NCBI RefSeq assembly: GCF_050303215.1
Contig: NZ_JBNLBH010000019.1
Span: 1 to 64,000, forward strand
Source: Haliangium sp.
GTDB lineage: Bacteria; Myxococcota_A; Polyangia; Haliangiales; Haliangiaceae
Reading direction: 5' to 3'
Length of the DNA stretch: 64,000 nucleotides
Positions 35,939-46,500 of the stretch are shown here, in pieces. The notes beneath the pieces are model-generated. The model was not told where the DNA came from. It searched no databases and saw only the letters and a list, made by a program, of their open reading frames with translations. Position numbers and translations under genes: made by a program. Position 1 is the stretch's first letter, and each line of letters starts with the position of its first letter.

Positions 35939-38848
35939 ATGCGACCACATCGACCTTTGGCGGGGCCTATGAAACCCGACTGCCAGGCTCGAATCGAGCC
36001 GCGGCGGCGCAGGCACGACGGGAGATACGCCGGCGCAGCCCTGCTGGCGTGGGTCGCGCTGGTCGCGTGCCGGCCGGCAGAGAACCCGCCCGCGTCCGCA
36101 TTCGCGGGCGAGGTCGAGCACAACCGCGCCGCGCTCGCTCAGCTCTCCAACGGCCTGAGCCAGAACAACCTCGGCCCCAACGGGATCGCGTTCAACCACG
36201 TCAACCCCAGCGGCCTCGCCTTCAACGGCGTGCAGCTCAACCTCGCCTCCCTCAACCTCGCCTCCCTCAACCTCGCCTCGCTCAACCTCGCCTCCCTCAA
36301 CCTCGCCTCCCTCAACGGCGCCGTCTATGAGGACATCTGGCTGAACACGCTCTCCTTCGACGCCGAGGCCATGAGCAACGCGTCTCTCAACGCGGCCTCC
36401 CTCTCCGACGCCACGTTGAGCACGATGAAGATCGACGGGCAGCCCATCAGCGCGCTCGAGGCCGACGACGTCGAGAACATCATCAAGTACCTGGCCGAGT
36501 GCGCCCTCGTCGTGGGGCAGTGCGTCACCGTCACCCGGCTCGACGGCACCACCCAGGACTATTGTGGCTTGGAAGGACACGATCCCACCTGGAACGTGAA
36601 CGTGCCCGATTTGACCAAGTCCGCCGACATGGGCGAGTGCTTCGTCCGTCGCGCCGGCGCAGACGGTCACACAGCCACCCACGAGCCGTGGAACATCGAG
36701 GCCACCAAGATTCTGCTCCAGTACATGGTCGAGTGCGCCCTTTCTCCCGGCCAAAGCGCTACCATCTACGACATCGACGGTGTCACCCCCATGGTGTTCG
36801 AGGGCTCGCTCGGGCTGGCCCCGAGCTGGCGTGACGGCGCGCCCACCTCCGTGGAGCAGCGCAAGGTGTCGGCGTGTCTGGCGGCGCGCTCCAACGCCAA
36901 GGGCAAGAAGGTGCGGATCTCGCTGCGGGGCTCGGGCATCACCACGTCCGCGGTCGAGCGCGCCCACTTCGATACCCACGAGGGCGCGTTCTGGGGCGAC
37001 GTGTTCGGCCCCACCCCCGAAATCCACACTTGCATGGTCACCGGCGGCGGGCTGTCGGGGCGCACCTGCACCGAGGGCGACTGCGGCTTCCGCTCGTTGG
37101 GCGACTGCGCCGACGTGTGCAGCCAGCGCGACCCGGTCGATCTCGCCTACGGTGACTGCGACGGCGAGTCGGCCGTGATCAACACCTTCCTCGATCTGGG
37201 CCAGGAGCTGGCCTTCGGCGACGAGCACAACTGCTTCATTCGCAACGACGGCACGCTGTGGTGCTGGGGCAAGAACAACCTCGGTCAGCTCGGCCTGGGC
37301 TTCGTGTCCGACTTCGAACCCTACCCGCTCCAGGTCATGACCCTGAGCGGCGCCGTGGCCGAGGTCTCGGGCGGCTGGCGCCACACCTGCGCCCGCACCA
37401 CCAGTGGCGATGGGTACTGCTGGGGCCTGAACAGCAAGGGGCAGCTCGGTGACGGCACCATCGTCGACCGCTCCAAGCCGACCTACGTCTCCGCCCTGAG
37501 CAGCGACGTCGCCGCGATCTCGGCCAACGACCGCCATAGCTGCGCCCGCCGCACCGACGGCACCCTACACTGCTGGGGCAACAACGACTTCGGTCAGGTC
37601 GGCGACGGCAGCGGCGTCGACCAGCCCCTGCCGGTGCCGGTGAGCGCGCTCGGCAACCAGGTCTCGGAGCGCTCGCTGGGCTCGCGCTCGCGCTCGAGCT
37701 GCGCCATCACCATCAGCGGCGATCTGTACTGCTGGGGCCGAAACGACTACGGTCAGGTCGGCGACGGTAGCCTCGTCGATCGCCTCGTCCCGGTGGTCGT
37801 GGACCAGGACGCCGGCGGCGGTGCCTTCGGCGCCGTGACCGACGTCTGCGGCGGCGAGGCCCACACCTGCGCGCGCCGCAGCGACGGCACGGTGTGGTGC
37901 TGGGGTCAGGATTCCCAGTACCAGATCGGCGCCGGCGCCCCGACCCTGAGCCCCCGCCCCCGACCGGTCCAGACCGCGTTCCCGGGCTTCGCCGCGCCCG
38001 GCGGCCTGTCCTGCGGACGCGACCACACCTGCGCCATCCGCGACGACGGGGCCTTGTTCTGCTGGGGCGCAAACGATTTCGGCGAGGTCGGCGACGGCAC
38101 CTCCAGCCCGGCCGAGATCCCGACCCAGGTCACCGCCCTCGGCACCGACGTCGAGCTGGTGACCTGCCAGGGCGAGACGAGCTGCGCGGTGAGCTTTGAC
38201 GGCACCCTGTCGTGCTGGGGCCGAGATACGCACGCGCTGCTGTTCCCGGGTTGGTCCTCGTCGGTGCCGGTCGTCGTCGACCTGGCCTGCAACCACAACG
38301 CGGTGTGCGAGCCCGAGCACGCGGAGTCCTGTGACACCTGCGCCGCCGACTGCGGCGTGTGCGACACCGCTCGGGTGTCGCTGGCCCCGAGTGACGACAC
38401 CGAGGCCCGGGCCAAGAAGCCCGACACCAGCTACGGCGGGCAAGACCCGATCACGAGCGTGGCCTCGGCCCTCGCCGAGGAGCGCTTGCTGCTGCGCTTC
38501 GACCTCTCCGCCGCCCCCGGCTCCAGCGTGAGCCAAGCCATCCTGCGCCTGTACTCCAACGACCCCAGCGGGGTGTGCGACTTGGTGCGGATCGACGACG
38601 ACGGCTGGAGCGAAGACACCCTCACCTGGAACGACATGCCGGCGCCCGGGGTCAGCCTCGGGGCGGTGAGCGGCGTGGCCGGCGGCTGGGTGTACGTAGA
38701 CGTCACCGACTACGTCAGCGACGAGTACGCCGGCGACGGCGTGGTCAGCTTCGCCTGCGTGGCCCAGTCCGGCACCTTCTCCATCGCCTCCAAGGAAGAC
38801 GCTGCGCCCGCGGTTCATCCGGTCCTCGATGTGGACGTCACGCCATAG
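35939..38848 (+). CDS. Secreted lipoprotein: pentapeptide-like repeats, 7-bladed RCC1 propeller, C-terminal DNRLRE domain
   Basis: Lipobox LVAC. Pentapeptide-like 5-residue periodicity GIAFN/GLAFN/GVQLN/(LASLN)x5. Six RCC1 signatures such as WCWGKNNLGQLGLG, YCWGLNSKGQLGDG and HCWGNNDFGQVGDG. C-terminal LRLYSNDPSGVCDLVRIDDDGWSEDTLTWNDMP matches the DNRLRE domain. Confidence 0.85.
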   Translation: MRPHRPLAGPMKPDCQARIEPRRRRHDGRYAGAALLAWVALVACRPAENPPASAFAGEVEHNRAALAQLSNGLSQNNLGPNGIAFNHVNPSGLAFNGVQLNLASLNLASLNLASLNLASLNLASLNGAVYEDIWLNTLSFDAEAMSNASLNAASLSDATLSTMKIDGQPISALEADDVENIIKYLAECALVVGQCVTVTRLDGTTQDYCGLEGHDPTWNVNVPDLTKSADMGECFVRRAGADGHTATHEPWNIEATKILLQYMVECALSPGQSATIYDIDGVTPMVFEGSLGLAPSWRDGAPTSVEQRKVSACLAARSNAKGKKVRISLRGSGITTSAVERAHFDTHEGAFWGDVFGPTPEIHTCMVTGGGLSGRTCTEGDCGFRSLGDCADVCSQRDPVDLAYGDCDGESAVINTFLDLGQELAFGDEHNCFIRNDGTLWCWGKNNLGQLGLGFVSDFEPYPLQVMTLSGAVAEVSGGWRHTCARTTSGDGYCWGLNSKGQLGDGTIVDRSKPTYVSALSSDVAAISANDRHSCARRTDGTLHCWGNNDFGQVGDGSGVDQPLPVPVSALGNQVSERSLGSRSRSSCAITISGDLYCWGRNDYGQVGDGSLVDRLVPVVVDQDAGGGAFGAVTDVCGGEAHTCARRSDGTVWCWGQDSQYQIGAGAPTLSPRPRPVQTAFPGFAAPGGLSCGRDHTCAIRDDGALFCWGANDFGEVGDGTSSPAEIPTQVTALGTDVELVTCQGETSCAVSFDGTLSCWGRDTHALLFPGWSSSVPVVVDLACNHNAVCEPEHAESCDTCAADCGVCDTARVSLAPSDDTEARAKKPDTSYGGQDPITSVASALAEERLLLRFDLSAAPGSSVSQAILRLYSNDPSGVCDLVRIDDDGWSEDTLTWNDMPAPGVSLGAVSGVAGGWVYVDVTDYVSDEYAGDGVVSFACVAQSGTFSIASKEDAAPAVHPVLDVDVTP
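36236..36310 (+). repeat. Perfect in-frame 15-bp x5 tandem repeat (ctcaacctcgcctcc; one C/G variant) encoding (LASLN)x5
   Basis: Read directly from the sequence; lies inside the RCC1 lipoprotein gene. Confidence 0.9.
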
Positions 38849-38856
38849 GTGGTGCC

Positions 38857-40461
38857 ATGAGCGATCGCAACCACAACCCTCCACAGCATGACCATCGCCC
38901 ACCCGGGGCCGACCTCGCCCCCGGCGACAGCGGCGCCCCCAGCAAACGCGCGTCCGAGCTGGTGGCCGCGCCCGGCCAGACAGACGAGACCGACTCACAA
39001 ATGATCGTGGTCACCCAGTCGATGCGCTTCATCAAGGGCGACGAGGAGTTCGACTACGGAGCGCAGCTCGCTGCGGGCACCATGATCGGAGGCTGTCGCA
39101 TCGTGGACACGCTCGGCCGCGGTGGGTGCGGGACCGTGTACGAAGCCGTGCGCGAAGACAGCGGCCGGCGGGTGGCGGTGAAGGTCCTCCACTCCTATCT
39201 CGCCGCGTCGCCGCAGCACGTGCAGCGCTTCCTGCGCGAGAGCGAGGCCATGCAGCGCATCCGTCACCGCGGCGTGGTCGAGATTCTGGGCACCGGTGCC
39301 CTCGACGATGGGCGCCCGTACATGATCATGGAGCTGGTCATCGGGATCAGCCTGAGCGAGTGGATCGACCGCCGCGGGCGGCTGTCCCCGACCGAAGCGC
39401 TGGAGCTCATGGAGCTCATCTGCGATCCCCTCACCTGCGCCCATGAGGCCGGCATCGTCCACCGCGACATCAAGAGCAGCAACGTCATGCTGCGCGATCC
39501 CCCCGGCGCCCCCGACGCCTCCGGGGCAGGGCCGACGGTGAAGCTGCTCGACTTCGGGCTGGCCAAGCTGATCGACCCCGACGGCCCCAGCGGCATCAAC
39601 ACCAGCGTGGGGCTGCTGCTCGGCTCGCCCCACACCATGGCGCCCGAGCAAGTATTGGGACAACCGGTCGACGTGCGCACCGACGTCTACGCCCTGGGCG
39701 TGCTGTTGTTCCGCATGCTCACTGGCCGGTTCCCGTTCATGAACAAAAACTCGATCCTGCTCGCTCAGATGCAGGTCCACGCCGCCCCGCCCCCGCCCAG
39801 CAAGCTGGCCCCGGTCGGCCCCGGCCTCGACGCCGTGGTCGCGCGGGCCATGGCCAAGGCGCCGGCGGAGCGCTACGACAGCGTCGCCGACTTCCTCGCC
39901 GGGCTGCGGCGCGCGGTCCACCCCAACCCAGCCGACGCCACCAAGGACACCACCGGCTCGGCCTTCGCGCTGTACGTGGACGCCCGCGTGGCCGAAGACG
40001 AAGCCCTCGACGACGACCTGTTCATGGAGCTCATGGCCGTGCTCGACACCACCGAGGCCATCTTCGACGGCGCGGGCGTGCAAACCGCGCTGCAGACCGG
40101 CCAGACCCTGGTCGGGGTCGTGCCCATCACTGACACCGCGGTGGTGCACCGCTCCGCCCTGATCGCGCTCGCGCGCGAGCTGGAGCTCCAGCTCGCCTCC
40201 TGCCTGGACCCGCACAGCCGCCTGCACGTCAACATCTGCCTGCACCGGGCCGAGGCCACCCTGCGCACGGTCGACGGCGCCAGACAAGTGATCGGCGGGC
40301 CGGTGCTCGAACTCGGCGACTGGGCCCCGCTGGAGCCGTATAGCGGCATCATGGCCACGCCGGCGGCGATGTCCACGTCCCCTGCGCTCGAGACCATCGG
40401 CGCCGAGCACGAACTCGACCCGCTGGACGAAAGCCCGCGCTACCTGCGCATCGACAGCTAG
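38857..40461 (+). CDS. Ser/Thr protein kinase with uncharacterised C-terminal domain
   Basis: Kinase motifs [35 protein letters not shown]. Start 8 bp after the RCC1-gene stop with RBS aggtgg, so likely co-transcribed. Confidence 0.82.
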   Translation: MSDRNHNPPQHDHRPPGADLAPGDSGAPSKRASELVAAPGQTDETDSQMIVVTQSMRFIKGDEEFDYGAQLAAGTMIGGCRIVDTLGRGGCGTVYEAVREDSGRRVAVKVLHSYLAASPQHVQRFLRESEAMQRIRHRGVVEILGTGALDDGRPYMIMELVIGISLSEWIDRRGRLSPTEALELMELICDPLTCAHEAGIVHRDIKSSNVMLRDPPGAPDASGAGPTVKLLDFGLAKLIDPDGPSGINTSVGLLLGSPHTMAPEQVLGQPVDVRTDVYALGVLLFRMLTGRFPFMNKNSILLAQMQVHAAPPPPSKLAPVGPGLDAVVARAMAKAPAERYDSVADFLAGLRRAVHPNPADATKDTTGSAFALYVDARVAEDEALDDDLFMELMAVLDTTEAIFDGAGVQTALQTGQTLVGVVPITDTAVVHRSALIALARELELQLASCLDPHSRLHVNICLHRAEATLRTVDGARQVIGGPVLELGDWAPLEPYSGIMATPAAMSTSPALETIGAEHELDPLDESPRYLRIDS

Positions 40462-40475
40462 CGCGCCCGCCGGCA

Positions 40476-41272
<797 letters not shown>

Positions 41273-41276
<4 letters not shown>

Positions 41277-42373
41277 GGCGCTCCCAGCCGGGCCAGGGTG
41301 TCGTCGATCTCGTCGTGGAAGGGACGCCCGGCGCGGCGCGCGCGCAGGGCCTGGAGGGGCGCGATGGCCCAGGGGCCGCCGACCCGGGCCAGGAGCTCGA
41401 TGGTGAGGCCGCGGCGCTCGCGCTTGCGGGCCCGCAGGCCGGCCAGCAGCGCGGCCCGAGCCGGCTCGGCGGCGGGGTTGTCGGGATCCAAGGCGAGCAC
41501 GGCGGCGGCGGCGCGCAGCTTGATCATGGCGGCCACGCCCCGCTTGCTGAGCAGGGGCGCGATATACACGGCCGCGCCGGCGCGCAGCTCGGCCGGGCTC
41601 GGGACATCGTCCGCGTGGTCGGGGCTGGCCGAGCGCGCAGGCTCGGTCTTACCTGGGACACGGCCGTCGGCGCCGGCGCCGGGCAGGGTGCCGGCCAGGC
41701 GCTCGAGGGCCTCGATGGCGTCCCAGGCCAAGCCGTCGTCGTCGAGGAAGGTCGCGAGCACGTCGAGGGCGCGGGCGTCGCCGAGGTCGGCCAGGGCGTA
41801 GGCGAGGTCGAAGCGGGTACGGGGCCGGGACCAGGTGTCGAGCAGCTCGGCCAGGCGCTCACGGGCGCGGGTCTCGCCCACGGCGCCCAGGGCCAGGGCC
41901 GCGGCCGCCACCACCTCACCGTCGTCGTCGTCCAGGGCGTCGAGCAAAACCGAGCCGGCGCGCTCGGGGTCGATCTCGGCCAGCGAGGTCGCGGCCTGGA
42001 AACGCAGATCAGGTGGCCCCTCGCGCAGGGCCCGGGCCACCGATTCGAACGCGGCCGGGAGGGCCAGGCGTCCGAGCGCGATGGCAGCGGCCTGACGGAC
42101 CACCGGCACGGGATCGTCGAAGCAGGCCACGAGCGGGTCCACGGCGTCGGCGCTGTCGAGCTCGCCCAGCGCGAGCGCGGCCTCGCTGCGGATCTCGGGC
42201 CGACGGTCGGCCAGGGTCTGGATCAGGGCCGGCACGGCCTGGGCTCGCTGCTCGGGGGTGTGCACGTCGCCGAGGGCGTTGGCGGCCTGGGCGCGCACGC
42301 GGTCGCTCTTGCTGCCGAGGTCGCGCAGCGCGGCTTCGAAGGTGATGGTGCTCGATCGCAGCTCGTAGGTCAC
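41273..42373 (-). CDS. HEAT-repeat (PBS-lyase type) protein
   Basis: Repeated AAxALG...D..AV.xL motifs. 4-bp overlap with tatD. Confidence 0.7.
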
Positions 42374-42412
42374 GGCGGCTCCGGGCGGACGGGTCCTCGT
42401 CCGCGTCGCGGG

Positions 42413-42967
42413 CTACTTAGCAGATTGGGCCGGATCTGTCTCGACCCGCTCACCGTCGGGCGCGGCCCCGGACCGGCGCTCGCCGAGCGAGGCCTCGAGC
42501 AGCTCGACCCGCTCGATTCGCTCGGGCGCGACCCGGGCCAGGATGATCTCGCACAGGACGGCCTTGTCCTCGATGTCATAGGGCGCGCTGGCGCCGACGC
42601 CGGGCACCAACAGGCTGCAGGCTGGGTCGCCGCCGTCCACGAAGCAGGTGGCGGTGTCGGGCGAGGCCACGACGCGCACGATCGAGGTCCAGGCCAGCTT
42701 CAGCCGCGGGCGGCCCCGGCGCTCGACCACCAGCCCGTCCTCGTCGGCGGTCACGGTGAGGCGCCACGCGGGCGAGATCAAGTACAGGGCCCCCAGGGCC
42801 AGCCCGAGAGCGCCGCCGAGCACGGCGTAGAGCGCCTGCGGGCCGCCGAGCACGGCGCCGTAGACGATCAGGGCCGCGCCGAGCGCGCTCGCGCCGGTGG
42901 CGAGGGCGCGGAAGCGGGGGCGAAAGCGAAAACTACGAGGCAGCGGCGACGTATTTGTGGATGGCAA
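42413..42967 (-). CDS. Membrane protein with two N-terminal TM helices and a bacterial PH-like domain
   Basis: Two TM helices, then WRLTVTADEDGLVVERR...KLAWTSIVRVV topology. Confidence 0.55.
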   Translation of the reverse strand: MPSTNTSPLPRSFRFRPRFRALATGASALGAALIVYGAVLGGPQALYAVLGGALGLALGALYLISPAWRLTVTADEDGLVVERRGRPRLKLAWTSIVRVVASPDTATCFVDGGDPACSLLVPGVGASAPYDIEDKAVLCEIILARVAPERIERVELLEASLGERRSGAAPDGERVETDPAQSAK

Positions 42968-43421
42968 TGCGGGCGTCCAGAGGGATGGCTTCGAACAGGA
43001 CGCCGAAGCCCATGGGCAGGATCAGGATGGTGTCATTGGGGCCGGGGACCTCGCAGTCCTCCTCGCGCCGCCACAGGCTCCAGCCCAGGGCGTCGACCTG
43101 GCCGTAGCCCTTGAGCTGGAACGAGAACGCGACCCGGGTCAGCAGGGGCAGGGCCTCGCCGACGATGAAGGCGCCGTTGATGGAGATGTCGCGGACCACG
43201 GCCGGGAATTTTTGGCCGATGGCGCGCTCGTTGGGCATGACGCGCTCGTAGACCCGCTCCAGGTTGGGGTGCATGCTGACGTCAGCCGGCGCGAGCGGCT
43301 GAACGACGGTGGGAACGTTGAGCAAAACACGGCGAGCCCGCCGCTTTTCGTGAGACACGGTTTCTCCCCTCGCTTCGACAGGGGCATCGTACCCGCTTGG
43401 CGCGCCCGCACAAGAGTGCAT
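42933..43421 (-). CDS. PilZ-domain protein (c-di-GMP receptor-like)
   Basis: RRARRV...VRDISINGAFIVGE match the PilZ RxxxR and D(I/L)SxxG motifs. Start uncertain; GC3 suggests it may lie at an internal GTG/ATG. Confidence 0.6.
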   Translation of the reverse strand: MHSCAGAPSGYDAPVEARGETVSHEKRRARRVLLNVPTVVQPLAPADVSMHPNLERVYERVMPNERAIGQKFPAVVRDISINGAFIVGEALPLLTRVAFSFQLKGYGQVDALGWSLWRREEDCEVPGPNDTILILPMGFGVLFEAIPLDARIAIHKYVAAAS

Positions 43422-43518
43422 CTGGCCCTCCCGCTGGTCTTGCCGCGGAGTTGGCCGGTCGCAACTCATAGAGGACATGGTCGGACCAGCAATGGCGGGC
43501 AACGACGACACCGGCAGA

Positions 43519-46500
43519 TCACGCCGGCTGCATGGGCAGGTCGAGGGTGAAGGTGGCGCCGGTGCCGGGCCCGTCGCTGCTACATCGGAGCGCGCCGCCC
43601 ATCTCGTTGGCGGCCAGAACGCTGGAGTGCAGGCCAAAGCCGTGGCCGTCCGCCTTGGTGGTGAAGCCGTACTGGAAGACCCTGACCAGGTTTTCCCGAG
43701 CGATGCCGCGCCCGTTGTCCGCGACGTCGACGTGGGCGATCGGCGGCGAGGAATCGCCGTCGTGAGCGCGAACACGCACACTGAGGCGGCGCTCGCCCGC
43801 AGGGACCTCGACCATGGCATCGATCGCGTTGGAGATCAGGTTGATCAGGATCTGGACCAGCTTGTGGCGCTCCAGCGCGAAGGAGGGGAGCTCGGCGAGC
43901 TCGCGCACCACCGTGACCTGGTGACGGGCGAGGCGCTCGGCCTGGAGCTCGAGCGCCTCCTCGACCAGCGCCGTCAAGGCGCACTCCTCCTTGACGCTGG
44001 CGCGCGTGGCGTAGACCTGCTGGGCCTGCACGACCTTCTTGATGTGCCCGATGAGCTCCTGGATGCGCTGCATCTCGACCAAGACCTGGTCACGCTCATC
44101 GATGAGGCGCTCGCCGAGGCGCTGGAGCAGCTCGGGGAAGCGCTGGCCGCGCCGGTCGTGCACGAAGAAGGCGACCAAGTCGCCTTGGTGCTGGTCGAGC
44201 AGGGCGCTGGAGCGGGACACGGAGTCGATGCTCGACGCCTGCAGCCGCTCGATGGCGACGAAGGTGGAGGTTTGGAGACTGTTGAGCAAGTTGCCGACGT
44301 TGTGCAGCACCCCGGTGGCGATCTCGGCCATGCCGGCCTCGCGCGACATCCGGATCAGGCGCTGCTGGGCCTCGTGGAGCTGCCGCAGGCTGTCTTGCAG
44401 CTTGACGTTGGAGTCGGCCAACTCGGCAGTGCGCTCGACCACGCGCTGCTCGAGGCTGCGGCTCAGCTCCTGAACCTCGGCGAAGCCGGCCGCGTTCTCC
44501 AAGGCCGCGCCGGCGAGGGTGGCGATGTACTCGCCCAGCCGGGCCTCCTCGTCGCCGTACAGCCCGGCCACGCCGTGATGCTCCACCAGCAACACGGCCG
44601 CGCATCGGCCGCGCTCCTTGATGGGCACCCCCAGGGCCGAGCGGATCCCGACCTCGTCGACGCCGCTGAGCTCTTCGTCGTCCGCCGCGATCAGCGGCTG
44701 CCCCGACTCGGCCGCGCGCCGGAGCAGCTCGGGCTCGATGTCCGTGCGTCCGACATCGCCCGCAACGGGTCGCCAGGGGGCGTCGGGCGCGTCGCTCGCG
44801 CGCATCAGGACCACGGCCACGTCGCCCCGGAGCAGGGTCTTGCCGGCCTCGTGGGTGGCGTCGAAGACCGCGTCGCGGGACAGCGCGGCGGCGATGCGGC
44901 GGCCCTGTTCCTGGATGGTGGTGAAGCGGTCGGCGAGCGAGAGTGAGAACCCTTCGGCGCCGCCGCTGATGCCCTCATCGCCCTCCGCGGCCAAGATGAA
45001 GCCGGCACCCAGCTCGCGCAGGGTGGTGCGGCCCTTGGCCAGGTCCACGTCGGCGTCCTCCCAGCCCAAGGACAGCCCGACCCGGCCCCGCATCCACAGC
45101 GTGTAGGCCTCCTCGATGCGGGCCTGCTGGCGGCGGGCCTCGGCCAGGCTCTGGTCGAGGAGGCGACGGGCCTCGCCGGGCTCGTCGTCGTAGGCGGCCA
45201 ACAAGCCCAGCTCGCGCAGCGCGTGGGGGTGCCCGGCGGGCAGGCGACCGGCCGTCTTCAGCCCCTGGCGCGCGGCCCGGCGGGCCCGGCGCAGAAAGCC
45301 ACGGCGCTCGGCGGGGGCATGGGGCGGGGTCTCCAGGGCGGCGCGCCGCAGGACCGTGGCGTACCACGGCAGCACCGTCATCGATGTCGCCACCGACGCG
45401 GTGAAGCGGTCGTGCGCATTGCTCGCCTGCTCGAGCAGTTCGACCGCGGCCCGGCTGTCGCCGCGGTAGTAGCAGCAGACGCCCCTGGCCAGGTACAGGC
45501 ACTGCCGGCGGACGAGGTCATCCTCGACCCCGGGCATATCGGTCTCGAACGCCTGCTCCGGAACCTGGCCGCCGCTGGCGAAGGCCCATATCGCCAGTCC
45601 GGTGGCAAAGCCTTGCGGGAGCTGGCGCGCCACCCCGTCATCGTAGAGCCGGCGGGCGTAGGCGAGGCCGGCGCGCAGATCGCCGAGGCGAAAGGCCGCC
45701 ATGCTGGCCACGTACAGCGCGGAGCCGCCTTCGAAGGCCTCGCCGGCGCGCTCGAACATGCGCACCGCGATCTCGGCGTGGTGAAGGCTCTCGTCCCAAC
45801 GGGCCATCCAGAACATGGCGCTGCCCACGCGGGCGTGCGACAGCCCCTCCTGGAACAGGTTGCCAAAGCGGCGCGAGTAGTCCAGCGCGCCCTCGCCGTA
45901 GTAGGCGACCGCATCGTAGCCGAGCCCCATCGAGCCCGCGAAGGTGATGAACCCATAGGCCTCGCCCAGGGTAGCGCCGGGAAGGTAGCGCTCGGCCTGG
46001 TTGACGGCGCGCAGCACCGCCCACAGGCTGGCCTTGGGGTTGCCCAAGAACAACCACGTGTAGCTCAGGCGGACCAGGTCGAGCGCGACGCCCAGGTCGT
46101 GCTCGGCCCGGTCGAGCGGACCACGGGCCCGGAGCCAGCGCGGGAAGACGCGGTGCAGGACCTGCACCCCCACCTCCTTCAGCAAACGCAGCGCGACCCA
46201 GGTCGGGCGCCGGGGCAGCGACACCCCGCGCATGACCAAGCTCCGCTCGAGGTGCTCGACCGCCTTGGGGAAGTTGCAGCGCTGGTGGAAGTGCTTGCCG
46301 AACTGGCTCTCGACCTCTACTCGCTGCTCGTGGCTCTCGGCGAGCTGGCGCCCGGCCTCCAGGTGCCCTTCGGCCTCGTCGAAGCGGCCCTGGAGGAGCA
46401 GGATGTCGGCGAGCCCGAGCTGGATCCGCCGCGCCATGGCCTGGTCGGCGGCCTCCTCGCCGCGCAAGGCGACCCGATACAGAGACTCGGCCACGGACAG

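Noticed and set aside
35864-37537. 557-aa and 477-aa (37565..38998) minus-strand ORFs
   Set aside because: Antisense to the RCC1 lipoprotein gene, whose repeats are unambiguous on the plus strand.
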